This document shows, piece by piece, positions 49,213-58,843 of a stretch of DNA of 64,000 bases. Each line of letters opens with the position of its first letter. Position 1 is the stretch's first letter. Below the pieces are notes generated by a model. That model was given only the letters and a program-made list of their open reading frames with translations. It was not told where the DNA came from and ran no database searches. The translations under genes and the position numbers were made by a program. The stretch lies in IMG/VR virus record IMGVR_UViG_3300023313_000001, positions 62,001-126,000 of that record. One strand, given 5' to 3'.

Positions 49213-49557
49213 ATGTTGGTTAGTAATAAACGGTATGAACAGGACAATAGAAAAACTAGTGATCTATTAATAACGTTAGTAGATAAAATAGCATCATTGG
49301 AGTTGATCAGTGATAACTTACAATATCAGGTGAAGGTGCTCAACGATATCCGTGCACGTAAGGTTAGTGATGAGCCTTGGGTGGAAGTAATTGGTGGGGA
49401 CATAGACCCTGAAAAGGGTTTGCAGTTGAAGCTCGATTGGAACGATGCGTTTATTGATCAACTGAGGTCTAAAGGATTTAAAGGAACTTCAGAGAGCTCG
49501 TTGATTGGAGAATATCTGCTACAACTAAGTCAGATGATGACTCAAGATGACAAATAG
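49213..49557 (+). CDS. conserved hypothetical protein
   Basis: EPWVEV...LDWNDAFI..L...GF.G pattern resembles a T4-superfamily hypothetical family. Confidence 0.55.
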   Translation: MLVSNKRYEQDNRKTSDLLITLVDKIASLELISDNLQYQVKVLNDIRARKVSDEPWVEVIGGDIDPEKGLQLKLDWNDAFIDQLRSKGFKGTSESSLIGEYLLQLSQMMTQDDK

Positions 49558-49569
49558 ACTGGTGACATA

Positions 49570-50487
49570 ATGAAGACATTTATTTGCTTAGATATGTCGA
49601 ATTTGCTACACCGAACATTCTTCGCTGGGTATAAGATGGGTGGCAATACAGATGACGATACTATGGCTGGTTTGGCCTTACATTCAGCGTTTACTACACT
49701 GAACAAGTACTTCAAGAAGTACTCACCAGACCAAGTCATTTGTACCTTTGATAGACCGAATTGGAGAAAAGCATACACAAAATCTGATATGTGTTTGTCT
49801 GGTAAAGTATATAAAGCTAATCGCCGTCAAAACATGACTCCAAACGAAGAGAACCGATATAACAAATTCAAAGAACACATCACTGAGTTTGAACAAATCA
49901 TTCGAACGAAAACATCTATGATATGTATGGCAGCTGATCAACTAGAAGCAGATGATATCATGGCTGGATTCGTTGAAGCATACCCAGACGATAGAGTATT
50001 TGTGATTAGTGCAGATAAGGATCTAATACAACTACTAAAATTTCCTAATGTTCGATTAATAGACCCAGCTACAGACAAAGATAGAGAGTGCGATGATGTA
50101 GAATGGTTTATGTTTCTCAAGTGTATTCGAGGAGATCGTGGAGACAATGTACATAGTGCATACCCTAGAGTCAGGGAAACTAAGGTCCGTGAAGCATTTG
50201 ATGATGAATTCAAAAGACTAACCATGTTGAATACCAAGATAACTATATTGGTTAAAGATGAACCAGTAGAATTACTTGTAGGGGATTTGTTTGAAGAGAA
50301 TAAGTTGTTGATGGATCTTTATACGCAACCAGCTCCAGTTAAACGATTGATTACAAAGACTATATCAGATGCGATGGCTAATCCTGGTAAATACAGTCAC
50401 TTCCACTTCATTAAATTCTGTGGACAACAAAACTTATTAGCTATAGCTAAAAATGTTGATCAATATATTAAAATGCTATCGAGGTAA
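49570..50487 (+). CDS. rnh: RNase H / 5'-3' exonuclease (FEN-like, T4 rnh)
   Basis: LDMSN, YKANR, EADDIMA, SADKDLIQL, GDRGDNV. Confidence 0.9.
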   Translation: MKTFICLDMSNLLHRTFFAGYKMGGNTDDDTMAGLALHSAFTTLNKYFKKYSPDQVICTFDRPNWRKAYTKSDMCLSGKVYKANRRQNMTPNEENRYNKFKEHITEFEQIIRTKTSMICMAADQLEADDIMAGFVEAYPDDRVFVISADKDLIQLLKFPNVRLIDPATDKDRECDDVEWFMFLKCIRGDRGDNVHSAYPRVRETKVREAFDDEFKRLTMLNTKITILVKDEPVELLVGDLFEENKLLMDLYTQPAPVKRLITKTISDAMANPGKYSHFHFIKFCGQQNLLAIAKNVDQYIKMLSR

Positions 50488-50490
50488 TTC

Positions 50491-50943
50491 ATGAAAGATA
50501 TATCCATCCCATTAGTTGACGTAATTAGCGCAACTCAGTCTGATGTTATAGAATATAACATGGTGTCGGAATCCCGTAAGTTTACACGATGTACTGGGAA
50601 TTACATTATCGGAATCAAGTATAACAATGACATATATGAAGTAAGTGCTGATGTGTTGTGTTTTGAGACTAGGTACAGTGCTTCAGAAACTATGTCAGGG
50701 GATTACTCTTGGAATATTCATTCTACGAATATGGCAGTACAGAGTATATTAATGTCCAGTGATACTACCAATGTGGTCAACACACTAAAGCGTTCAGATC
50801 GTATAGATATTGATGTGCAGAGTCGATTGAGTAATGGTGACTTATTGTGCAGAGATCGATATTATAATGCATCCATAGTAGATATAGTTAAACAGGATGA
50901 AGTTGACAATACAACAAACTACATTATCAACTTCAGGGTATAG
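50491..50943 (+). CDS. hypothetical protein
   Basis: Contiguous ORF at the operon end. Confidence 0.55.
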   Translation: MKDISIPLVDVISATQSDVIEYNMVSESRKFTRCTGNYIIGIKYNNDIYEVSADVLCFETRYSASETMSGDYSWNIHSTNMAVQSILMSSDTTNVVNTLKRSDRIDIDVQSRLSNGDLLCRDRYYNASIVDIVKQDEVDNTTNYIINFRV

Positions 50944-50947
50944 TGGG

Positions 50948-51307
50948 TTATTCCACTTTACCAGTCCATTTACGACCACTGTTGGTATATAGACCAAATA
51001 CAATTGCCGCTGCTCCAACCATAACAGTAACCAACGCAGTATATCCTGACGGTTGGCCTATAACCTGTGTTACAGAGCATGCAATAGCCTTTGCTTCTGC
51101 TAGTGGAACATGCTCTCTCATTAAAACATTTAATGTAGCAGAGTCACACTCTGTTACATATTGTACATCGTAATTTATATACCAATCTATAATCCACGCG
51201 ACCCCAGCAACATACGTTCCTAAAATTAATCGAGGTACTACGCGAAGCGCATCAATCACTTCCGCACCAGTTATGATGCGTTGTGTCCAAGTTTTCTGGT
51301 TATCCAT
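50948..51307 (-). CDS. two-TM membrane protein (holin-like candidate)
   Basis: AGGAG RBS; two hydrophobic helices flanking a loop with two Cys. Confidence 0.5.
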   Translation of the reverse strand: MDNQKTWTQRIITGAEVIDALRVVPRLILGTYVAGVAWIIDWYINYDVQYVTECDSATLNVLMREHVPLAEAKAIACSVTQVIGQPSGYTALVTVMVGAAAIVFGLYTNSGRKWTGKVE

Positions 51308-51405
51308 AATATATTCTCCTTAGTAATTGTTAATGGTAACTGTGTTTTTTGTGCAGATAAATAACTTCACAATCAATTAAAAATAATTAACAAAGGAGTT
51401 ATTAT

Positions 51406-51882
51406 ATGGCTTATCCACATCTTGAGTGGTTGGACCTTCAACAAAACGGGGTACTGACTGAGTGTGCTGTCATGAAGAAAGACCCTAACGGTAATATTTA
51501 TCATTTCTCCGTAGCATCGTTAGATGCTATAGATAAGAATCGATTACGTAATATTCTAACTGGCAGAAACTCTGCTAATTTCCCATTGTGGGATCTAATG
51601 CAACAGGTGACGTTAGGCAATGGGGTTAATGCGTTAGACTATTTTCATCAATTAGTTAAAGTACAAACTCCAGGTGGTCAGATTATCGATCCAGTGCAGG
51701 GTCGTATTGGAGCAGCAGGCACAGTGCAAACTCCACAACCAACACCTGCCCCAACCACTCCCACAGTAACTCAGGTCAACGAGAACGCTACTAATGTTGG
51801 AAGTGTTGACACTAGAACTCCTTCAGAAAAACGTGCTGCTACAATGGCTGCGAAAAAGGCTGCTGAAGGGAAAGCTAAATAG
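51406..51882 (+). CDS. hypothetical protein with Pro/Thr linker and basic tail
   Basis: AAGGAG RBS; GATAAATA late-like motif at 51356-51363. Confidence 0.65.
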   Translation: MAYPHLEWLDLQQNGVLTECAVMKKDPNGNIYHFSVASLDAIDKNRLRNILTGRNSANFPLWDLMQQVTLGNGVNALDYFHQLVKVQTPGGQIIDPVQGRIGAAGTVQTPQPTPAPTTPTVTQVNENATNVGSVDTRTPSEKRAATMAAKKAAEGKAK

Positions 51883-51896
51883 TTAACTACACAGGA

Positions 51897-52448
51897 TTAT
51901 TGATTGATCTTGAGTTTTAATTTATTTCCCAGATCAATCAGCTTTGTGTATAACAATTGGGGGCTGACGGAAATCTCGTCCAGTCCCATTAACTTGGCTA
52001 CGTATTCTGAACATATTTCACCACTAAAATTTCTATGTTTAATATCAATCCATTTACTAAAAAATTCTCTAAACCCTATATAGAACACATCTAACCAACT
52101 ATAGTTGATTTGACCAAGATGAGCTAATGCCTCGTCTGAATATCCAATCCAATCTTTAGGACTGGCAACTATAGTCATTTTACGTTCAGAATAATAACTC
52201 ATATTAATTATACGTCTTTTAGTCAAACGTTGTGCTTCAGCAATCATGAGACGTCGTTGAGTTGTTCCTTGAACTCTCATCCAAAAAGCGATCCCTACGT
52301 GGGTGAATTGACTACGGGTAATGGTTGCTATTAAGTAAGACACGATGGTGTGTTTTTTATGAATAAATACTATATCACCATCTTGGATGTTTGAGCGCTG
52401 CTCTTGATATGTGGACAATGTGAGTACCCTTATATGGTTGAATTGCAC
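51897..52448 (-). CDS. permuted papain-like NlpC/P60 (YiiX/YebB-type) enzyme
   Basis: IQDGDIVF, FTHVGI (His), C-terminal ICSEYVA (Cys). Confidence 0.75.
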   Translation of the reverse strand: MQFNHIRVLTLSTYQEQRSNIQDGDIVFIHKKHTIVSYLIATITRSQFTHVGIAFWMRVQGTTQRRLMIAEAQRLTKRRIINMSYYSERKMTIVASPKDWIGYSDEALAHLGQINYSWLDVFYIGFREFFSKWIDIKHRNFSGEICSEYVAKLMGLDEISVSPQLLYTKLIDLGNKLKLKINQ

Positions 52449-52478
52449 CAGTATTTAGGATAAACTACTAATTTGAAA

Positions 52479-52526
52479 ATTTATAGTGTCTTAATATTGG
52501 ATCAACGGCAGTAAGACACTATAAAT
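52479..52526. repeat. 15-bp perfect inverted repeat with 18-nt spacer carrying outward TATAAAT motifs
   Basis: ATTTATAGTGTCTTA ... TAAGACACTATAAAT. Confidence 0.9.
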
Positions 52527-52544
52527 AATATTGTGTGACATATA

Positions 52545-53726
52545 CTACGTAGTTCTAGCAACTACGATGTTTAATGTATATGTTATAGAAAGCACCCGAT
52601 CTTTACTTTTGAGCACAGGCGAAAATACTAGGTGAGTAACCATGCGTTCACGTTCAGTAAGTGGATTAATTGGGTCATTTCGCACTCCTGCGTTCTGTCC
52701 AGGTACAGTAGACTCAAGTCCAGCAAACCCAGTTAATGCCATGAATAGTGTACTATCCGTTAGTGTAATGGATGATGTAGCACCACTAGTGTTACTTTCA
52801 AAATGTAAGAATCCGAACGTTTCGGCACCACCAGTTTGGGTTGGATTATTATCTGTGATAGATGCTACTGCTCCAGCAGTATCTAGGTCTGCTCCAGGAA
52901 CATTTAATATAGTTATTAAGTCTGCATATGTTATAGCATTGATTGGTGCTGTGATTCCATCCCCAGTACCTACAGCTGGAGCAATTACTGTCACCAGTTG
53001 ACTACCAGTGCCATCCACGTCGATATTGAATTGATACACTGTACTCGGAGTTAACCCAGTGTCAGATAGTGCTTCCTTACTTCCTACATTAACGTCTTGA
53101 CTCCCAGGAGTATTAACGTCGGGAGCACCAAACGAGAATAGTCCTATTTCATCAAACATAAAGTCTGCTTCAGGATTTGTTTCACCATTGACACCACCCT
53201 GTTGGGAGATTACTTGACCAGAAGGCTCGTTAGGATTTAAAACAGAGTTGATAACTACGCTGGATACAGTGGCACCTACAGTTAGATCTTCAGCACTTCT
53301 GACTCCAGGACCAGATACATGTTCAATAGATATAGGGTCTCCGCTGGGTGTAGCTCCAGCTCCACTACCAATTGAAGTGTTACTGTCATCAATCACTTCT
53401 GAATAAGTTTCGTGATATAATCTAGCTTGCCAGTGGTTGTCTCCTGGATTTAATCCATCACGTGGAGGATTGAATAAGATGTTGCTAGCTACATCAATTT
53501 CTGTACCACCATTACCAAATCCGATTCGGTGAATGAAATAATTAGGCTCATTCGCCAAGGCTCTAGCGAACATTCGTGCCATATTTTGGGGATGAACTGC
53601 ATTATGTTTGTCCACAACTACTTTTCCACCATCTTGTAAAACCAAATTACCATTTTGTGTGGTATATTTGTGCTCTTTTATAAGACAATGACCTATGATT
53701 TTTGTGGTGAGGGTTTCAGCAACCAT
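52545..53726 (-). CDS. virion structural protein (tail/baseplate)
   Basis: FGNGGT, FDEIGLF and FSPVLKSKDRVLSITYTL resemble baseplate/tail-fibre-base proteins; CATAAATA late-like motif at 53760-53767. Confidence 0.6.
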   Translation of the reverse strand: MVAETLTTKIIGHCLIKEHKYTTQNGNLVLQDGGKVVVDKHNAVHPQNMARMFARALANEPNYFIHRIGFGNGGTEIDVASNILFNPPRDGLNPGDNHWQARLYHETYSEVIDDSNTSIGSGAGATPSGDPISIEHVSGPGVRSAEDLTVGATVSSVVINSVLNPNEPSGQVISQQGGVNGETNPEADFMFDEIGLFSFGAPDVNTPGSQDVNVGSKEALSDTGLTPSTVYQFNIDVDGTGSQLVTVIAPAVGTGDGITAPINAITYADLITILNVPGADLDTAGAVASITDNNPTQTGGAETFGFLHFESNTSGATSSITLTDSTLFMALTGFAGLESTVPGQNAGVRNDPINPLTERERMVTHLVFSPVLKSKDRVLSITYTLNIVVARTT

Positions 53727-53802
53727 TGGTTATTTCTCCGATAATATTATGTTGTGTTATATTTATGAGAGAGGGCCAAGAGGAGGATTGTGATATATAA
53801 GT

Positions 53803-53826
53803 AAAAACTGGCATATGCCAGTTTTT
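53803..53826. terminator. bidirectional intrinsic terminator
   Basis: Perfect palindrome AAAAACTGGCAT-ATGCCAGTTTTT. Confidence 0.8.
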
Positions 53827-53840
53827 TGGGTTGGACAATA

Positions 53841-54062
53841 TTATGCTATGATAGCAGTACCTGTACCAGGACTGGTGAAGTGGATATTACAATTGTTAAT
53901 ATCAACAAACTCTACCATATCTGGTAGAACTTTTATAGTTTCTGCGTTGACTACCAGCCAAGCGTCAACTATTGGGGCTTTAATCCCTAGGTTATGATTC
54001 ACTGTCCATACATCTGATGCAAATGACTGGATGTGTTCGTATGTTGTTACAGCAGCAAACAT
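53841..54062 (-). CDS. small virion protein, single WxVxHNL module
   Basis: HIQSFASDVWTVNHNLG...F...GTGTAII. Confidence 0.6.
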   Translation of the reverse strand: MFAAVTTYEHIQSFASDVWTVNHNLGIKAPIVDAWLVVNAETIKVLPDMVEFVDINNCNIHFTSPGTGTAIIA

Positions 54063-54074
54063 CGTGTTAGCTCC

Positions 54075-54680
54075 TTATATTAGTCTAGCAGTGCCGACTG
54101 TTGGGCTAGAGAACGTGACTGTAGTTTGTGTGATAGAGTCATGCACAATTGATAACGGTTGAACTTCTTGGTTACCTACAAATACTCTAACTAGCGGGTT
54201 GTATCCTAATCCATGCATAATGATCCATGATGTTAGAGCTGATGTTTGCTCATGAACATATGCATATGATGGAACGCCATCACCAGTTAATTCACCAGAC
54301 ATCACTACCAATCGTCCAGCTTTGGCTGCACCGAGAGATACTGTTAATTGATTTCCGTCTACTATAGTTATATTGTCTGGAATAAACATCTGTTGAGTTG
54401 CTTCTTCGTATAAATGCACTATAGGTGAGGTTGAATTTAAATTATGTGTTACTGTCCAAATATTAGAAGCAGCAGTTTGTTGATGTACATGAGTGTTGAT
54501 AACGTTGGTCATCGGTACCCACACTACGTTTCCAGCACTGATATCTGCTGCAATAAATACGCGCTGTTGTCGGAATATAACTCGTCCAACTGGGGGATTT
54601 GCAGGAAAGTTAGTTTCCAACTCAAACGCAGCAGATTGGATCTGGTTATTATTCAGGTCGATATGGCCATGAAATTTCAT
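54075..54680 (-). CDS. virion protein, docking N-terminus + two WxVxHNL modules
   Basis: WTVTHNLN and WIIMHGLG modules. Confidence 0.65.
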   Translation of the reverse strand: MKFHGHIDLNNNQIQSAAFELETNFPANPPVGRVIFRQQRVFIAADISAGNVVWVPMTNVINTHVHQQTAASNIWTVTHNLNSTSPIVHLYEEATQQMFIPDNITIVDGNQLTVSLGAAKAGRLVVMSGELTGDGVPSYAYVHEQTSALTSWIIMHGLGYNPLVRVFVGNQEVQPLSIVHDSITQTTVTFSSPTVGTARLI

Positions 54681-54701
54681 TAATGATCTCCAATATATTA
54701 G

Positions 54702-54727
54702 CTAGGGGGTGATTAATCACCCCCTAG
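54702..54727. repeat. 26-bp perfect palindrome directly downstream of a minus-strand TAAATA motif
   Basis: CTAGGGGGTGATT-AATCACCCCCTAG. Confidence 0.85.
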
Positions 54728-54740
54728 TATTTACTATTGA

Positions 54741-57284
54741 TTAAAGAGCTGGAACAGCCATTACTACAACTTTACAGTCGATAGCAGTGTTAAATGTTAC
54801 AGTCAATTGGTTAGCAGTGTCGAATGTAATAGATTGTGGGATAATCACTTCATCAAGTGCATCTACAATTGTTACATTACAATACTGACGTGCTAATGAG
54901 TGAGTTACAACGTGAGCCGTTGCAGCAGCACCAGAAGCATACAAGAAGTACATTGGCTTAGCTTGAACAGAACCAGCAGTACCATTCCACATCAATACAT
55001 CACCTGAACTTGAAGCAGCTACACCAACAACATTTGATAAATCATCAATTGCAGCGTTACCCAATAATGCGGTTGCTGTGACATTAACAAATGCAGTACC
55101 ATTCCATCGTAAGATGTCGTTGGCAGCTATTGTTGTCAAAGTTACATCAGTCAACTGACCTGTTGTTGCAGTTAAGTTAAGAGTAACTGTATCTGTTGCT
55201 GATACTGTTGTTGTGATACCAGTACCACCAGCCACGGTCAACGTGTTACCTAAATCTAATACTTCTGTTGTACCAACATCAGCTGCAAGGGAGATGCTAG
55301 AGTTAATTAATGCAGTATTAGGAATTGATACTAGGTCTAGCTGACCTGCAGTTATTGCTAATCCTGAGCTGGGCTTCAGGTCTAATGATAGAGCTGCACC
55401 TGATCCACCTGTGATACCGTTACCAGCGATCGCAGAGTTGATCTCAGAGATTCCTATGCCGCCAGCCGCTACTTGTAGTCCAGTAGATGATTGAGCAAGA
55501 GATGTTCCGCTTAGTAATAAGTACAACGCGTTTCCTGTAAGAGTTCCGCGAGCAGTTCCATCAGGTGTAAGGATCAACGCGCCGTTTGCTGCGTCAAACA
55601 AATCAATACCAACTTCATCAGAAGGTAATTCAGCGATACCAGCACCAAGGTTAACATTAATGATATTACCAGTTTGGCCTAAACCAATACCAGCAGTAAT
55701 CATTCCTGCTCCAGTAAATTGACTGAATTGTAATGGAGTGGTATCAACTGTAAGTGGATCGTTTGTAACTAAAACAAAACCAGCGTCCAAGTTGATTGAA
55801 CCTTCTTCAACGAATGTGAACATTCCAGAAGTAACTTCATTTGCAGGACTTCCGTCTGCATCTTGAGATCTTGTTAAAATAAACGGATTTGCAACATCAC
55901 CAGATGCGGTAACTGTGTAAATACCATGGTCAATATGAGAAACGGCTTCATCTTTAACCAAGATGCGATCACCAACAGTAACCGTGATGCTGTCAACACT
56001 CAATGCTCCGTTAACTGATGCAGTTAATGTTTTACCAGCACCGGTACCAGCAGCTACATGAGCTGGTAATGCAACAACAGTTGCTAATCGAACTGATTCT
56101 TTTACATCGAGGCCTGAAGCGACACTATCTACGTAGTTTTTAGTAGCAGCGTCATCTGCGGCAAGTGGATCTGCTAGAGATGTAATGTTGTTAGTACCCA
56201 TGTTTAGAGCACCAGTCATTGCGTCACCAGCTTTCTCGACCCAAATATCACCAGCTCCACCAGCAACAAGGCCTAATGTAGAACGAACTGTTGTTGGAGT
56301 TTCAAAGGTGTATGAACCTACACCATTACCAACGATAAATTGTCCGTTAGCAACTTGAGTTAGAGCAGCTAAGTCGGTAAGATTTGAATCAAAGGCTTGT
56401 ACATTTGTGCCAATGGTTAGTCCTAGAGAGGCACGAGCAGTTGCTCCACCTTGATATCCGAACGCACCTGCACCAGTACCAACGATAATATCACCTACAT
56501 TGGCTACTGCGCCTAATGTGTTGAAGTCGTCAAGTACTGCACCTTGAGTTTGTGCACCCATAGAGATACGAGCAACTGATCCACTCTCAAATGCGTATGT
56601 TCCAGCACCGGTACCTACAATAAATTGGTTATTAGCTACTGTGCCAAGAAGGGATAGATCGTCGAGAGTCGAGTCATAAGCTTGAACTCCAGTGATTGCT
56701 CCAGGTTGGCCATTAGTATATGCTAGTCCAGTAAAGTATAGTATATCACCAGATGAATCTACACCAGTGGTTACTACATCTCCCAGATCGTTGAGGATTA
56801 ATTCTGCATTAACTGAGTTATTACCAGATCCTGTAAATCGTAATACTTGACCTGCAGAAGGAATTGTCAACGTTACGTCGGTCAATTCTCCTAAGGTGTC
56901 TACTCCAGCTGCTGCTGTGATTGCTGAGTCCATCTGTGTTAATGCATCAAGTAGTGATGATGCTCCAGTTAGACCTGTTATGTTTGTAAGTGCATTAAGT
57001 GCAGCTTCATTGAATACCCCATTGGTACCAACAAATGCTCCTAATGATGCTTCAATTGAATCAACTTCTGATTGAAGTGTTGCAGCATTACCACCTGTAG
57101 CAAATTGAACCCAAGCAGTACCATCATTGAACAAGTAAACGTTGTTCGTGGTGTCGAAGTACATACGACCTTTTTCAGATGCTTGTATTACTGGTTCAGA
57201 TGCCTTAGGCAGACGTTCCACAATCACGTTACGGATCTCAGAGTTACCTTGATCGTTTAGTACGAGATTACCATTAAGTTTCAT
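54741..57284 (-). CDS. long fibre-like virion protein
   Basis: Repeated AR..LGL..G..VQA.D units, GLDVKESVR domain, terminal HxL module. Confidence 0.75.
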   Translation of the reverse strand: MKLNGNLVLNDQGNSEIRNVIVERLPKASEPVIQASEKGRMYFDTTNNVYLFNDGTAWVQFATGGNAATLQSEVDSIEASLGAFVGTNGVFNEAALNALTNITGLTGASSLLDALTQMDSAITAAAGVDTLGELTDVTLTIPSAGQVLRFTGSGNNSVNAELILNDLGDVVTTGVDSSGDILYFTGLAYTNGQPGAITGVQAYDSTLDDLSLLGTVANNQFIVGTGAGTYAFESGSVARISMGAQTQGAVLDDFNTLGAVANVGDIIVGTGAGAFGYQGGATARASLGLTIGTNVQAFDSNLTDLAALTQVANGQFIVGNGVGSYTFETPTTVRSTLGLVAGGAGDIWVEKAGDAMTGALNMGTNNITSLADPLAADDAATKNYVDSVASGLDVKESVRLATVVALPAHVAAGTGAGKTLTASVNGALSVDSITVTVGDRILVKDEAVSHIDHGIYTVTASGDVANPFILTRSQDADGSPANEVTSGMFTFVEEGSINLDAGFVLVTNDPLTVDTTPLQFSQFTGAGMITAGIGLGQTGNIINVNLGAGIAELPSDEVGIDLFDAANGALILTPDGTARGTLTGNALYLLLSGTSLAQSSTGLQVAAGGIGISEINSAIAGNGITGGSGAALSLDLKPSSGLAITAGQLDLVSIPNTALINSSISLAADVGTTEVLDLGNTLTVAGGTGITTTVSATDTVTLNLTATTGQLTDVTLTTIAANDILRWNGTAFVNVTATALLGNAAIDDLSNVVGVAASSSGDVLMWNGTAGSVQAKPMYFLYASGAAATAHVVTHSLARQYCNVTIVDALDEVIIPQSITFDTANQLTVTFNTAIDCKVVVMAVPAL

Positions 57285-57352
57285 TATTCATTATCTCCTT
57301 AAAATAAATGAGTCACAAATTGACAGTTTTAATTTGTAGCCTTTTGTTACCT

Positions 57353-57360
57353 TATTTATA
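57353..57360 (-). promoter_or_regulatory. T4-like late promoter
   Basis: TATAAATA on the minus strand upstream of ORF 57284. Confidence 0.7.
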
Positions 57361-57361
57361 T

Positions 57362-57595
57362 TCAGGTAAGCATCCGACGTACTGATGTTGTTAACTGCTT
57401 GATTGTATTGTTAAAAAAGACTGGTTCAACTTGCATCTTACCCAAGTCAAAATCTAACAATATTTGTTTATCGACATTACCAAATACAAAAGTTCCTTTA
57501 TTGCCAACTAATTCAATAGAATCTAGCTCATACCCACACACTTTGAGAGATGATGCGAGAACAATATCGGACGTTTTATATTGTGTAATTATCAT
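57362..57595 (-). CDS. small hypothetical protein (DUF5659-like)
   Basis: YKTSDIVLASSL...GYEL...FVF pattern. Confidence 0.5.
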   Translation of the reverse strand: MIITQYKTSDIVLASSLKVCGYELDSIELVGNKGTFVFGNVDKQILLDFDLGKMQVEPVFFNNTIKQLTTSVRRMLT

Positions 57596-57601
57596 TATAG
57601 T

Positions 57602-58843
57602 TTATCCAAAAAATACCATATTTACTGTACCTGTAGTGGGTGCACCAAATCGTATCTCGATTGTATTAGCATCTAATATGATTATTCTGTCAGGGATAAT
57701 AATCTCACCACCTTCGACTACTTGAACTAATACTTGAGTTGTATTTCTATTATGAGCAACCGTCCATGTCGATGCAGCAGTTACCTGATCATATTTATCT
57801 CCAATATTTTGGATTAGATTATCTATGTAACCTTTGGTGGCTGCTTCAAGTGCTGTAGTAGGATTGGCATTAAGAATTAATGGACCAGTCATCGTGTCCC
57901 CAGCTTTAGCTACATGTTCCCCTGTGGATGAGAATTTACTAAAATCTAGTGGAGATGTTCCTAACACAATCGGATCGTTAGTTGTTAGTACCCAACCAGT
58001 ATCTGCTAGAATTGTTCCCTCTTCAATGAACGTGAACATTCCTGATGATACTTCAGATGCTGGAGTACCATCTGCATCTAAAGATCTCGCCCACGACCCT
58101 GTAGATACCACATATATTCCATTTTGAGTTGGATCTGCTTGTGCTTTTACTAAAACTCTATCGTTTACTGCGAGTGAGACACTATCTATGGTCTGTACTC
58201 CAGCGAGCGCGATATCAATGACTGTACCCACTCGTACTGATGCCTTTACGTCTAATCCTACAGCAACACTGTCTACATATGATTTTGTAGCTGCTTCAAG
58301 TGCTTGAGTGGGGTCTGCTGGAAGTACAACTGGTCCGGTTAATGTCCCACCAGATAGTGGAAGAAACTGTCCAGACCCAGTACCAATCGCATTGTCAACA
58401 TAATCTTTAGTTACTGCGTGTGATCCCAACGTCGCTGGTTGGGATAATAATAGGTAACCCTGCATGGTGCCACCTGAGGTGAACAATGCATTGTTGTCGA
58501 CATACTGTTTAGGAACCGCATGAAGTGGTTGAAGTGGATCTCCCGACAGCGATAGAATTCCTGTCATCGTGTCGCCAGACTTTAGTACATAGTTGTTATT
58601 TGCTAGATTTTGTTGTGCGTCTAAATCGTTAACATAAGTAAGTAAGTCATTTACTAGAACATCTACATATTGTTTCGGAGTAGCATGAAGGGGATCTATG
58701 GGGTTAGCATTTAACTCCAAGAATCCAGTCATCGTGTCGCCAGTAATATTTACAAATGCATTACTGCCACCACCATTATTATCATTTCTAGCAACGATCT
58801 TTCCTGAGTCCAGATCGATATGTAATATTTTTAAATTAGCCAT
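57602..58843 (-). CDS. fibre-like virion protein
   Basis: GDTMTG.L.L...P.....A.PKQYVD repeats, GLDVKASVR domain, terminal WTVAHNRN module. Confidence 0.7.
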   Translation of the reverse strand: MANLKILHIDLDSGKIVARNDNNGGGSNAFVNITGDTMTGFLELNANPIDPLHATPKQYVDVLVNDLLTYVNDLDAQQNLANNNYVLKSGDTMTGILSLSGDPLQPLHAVPKQYVDNNALFTSGGTMQGYLLLSQPATLGSHAVTKDYVDNAIGTGSGQFLPLSGGTLTGPVVLPADPTQALEAATKSYVDSVAVGLDVKASVRVGTVIDIALAGVQTIDSVSLAVNDRVLVKAQADPTQNGIYVVSTGSWARSLDADGTPASEVSSGMFTFIEEGTILADTGWVLTTNDPIVLGTSPLDFSKFSSTGEHVAKAGDTMTGPLILNANPTTALEAATKGYIDNLIQNIGDKYDQVTAASTWTVAHNRNTTQVLVQVVEGGEIIIPDRIIILDANTIEIRFGAPTTGTVNMVFFG

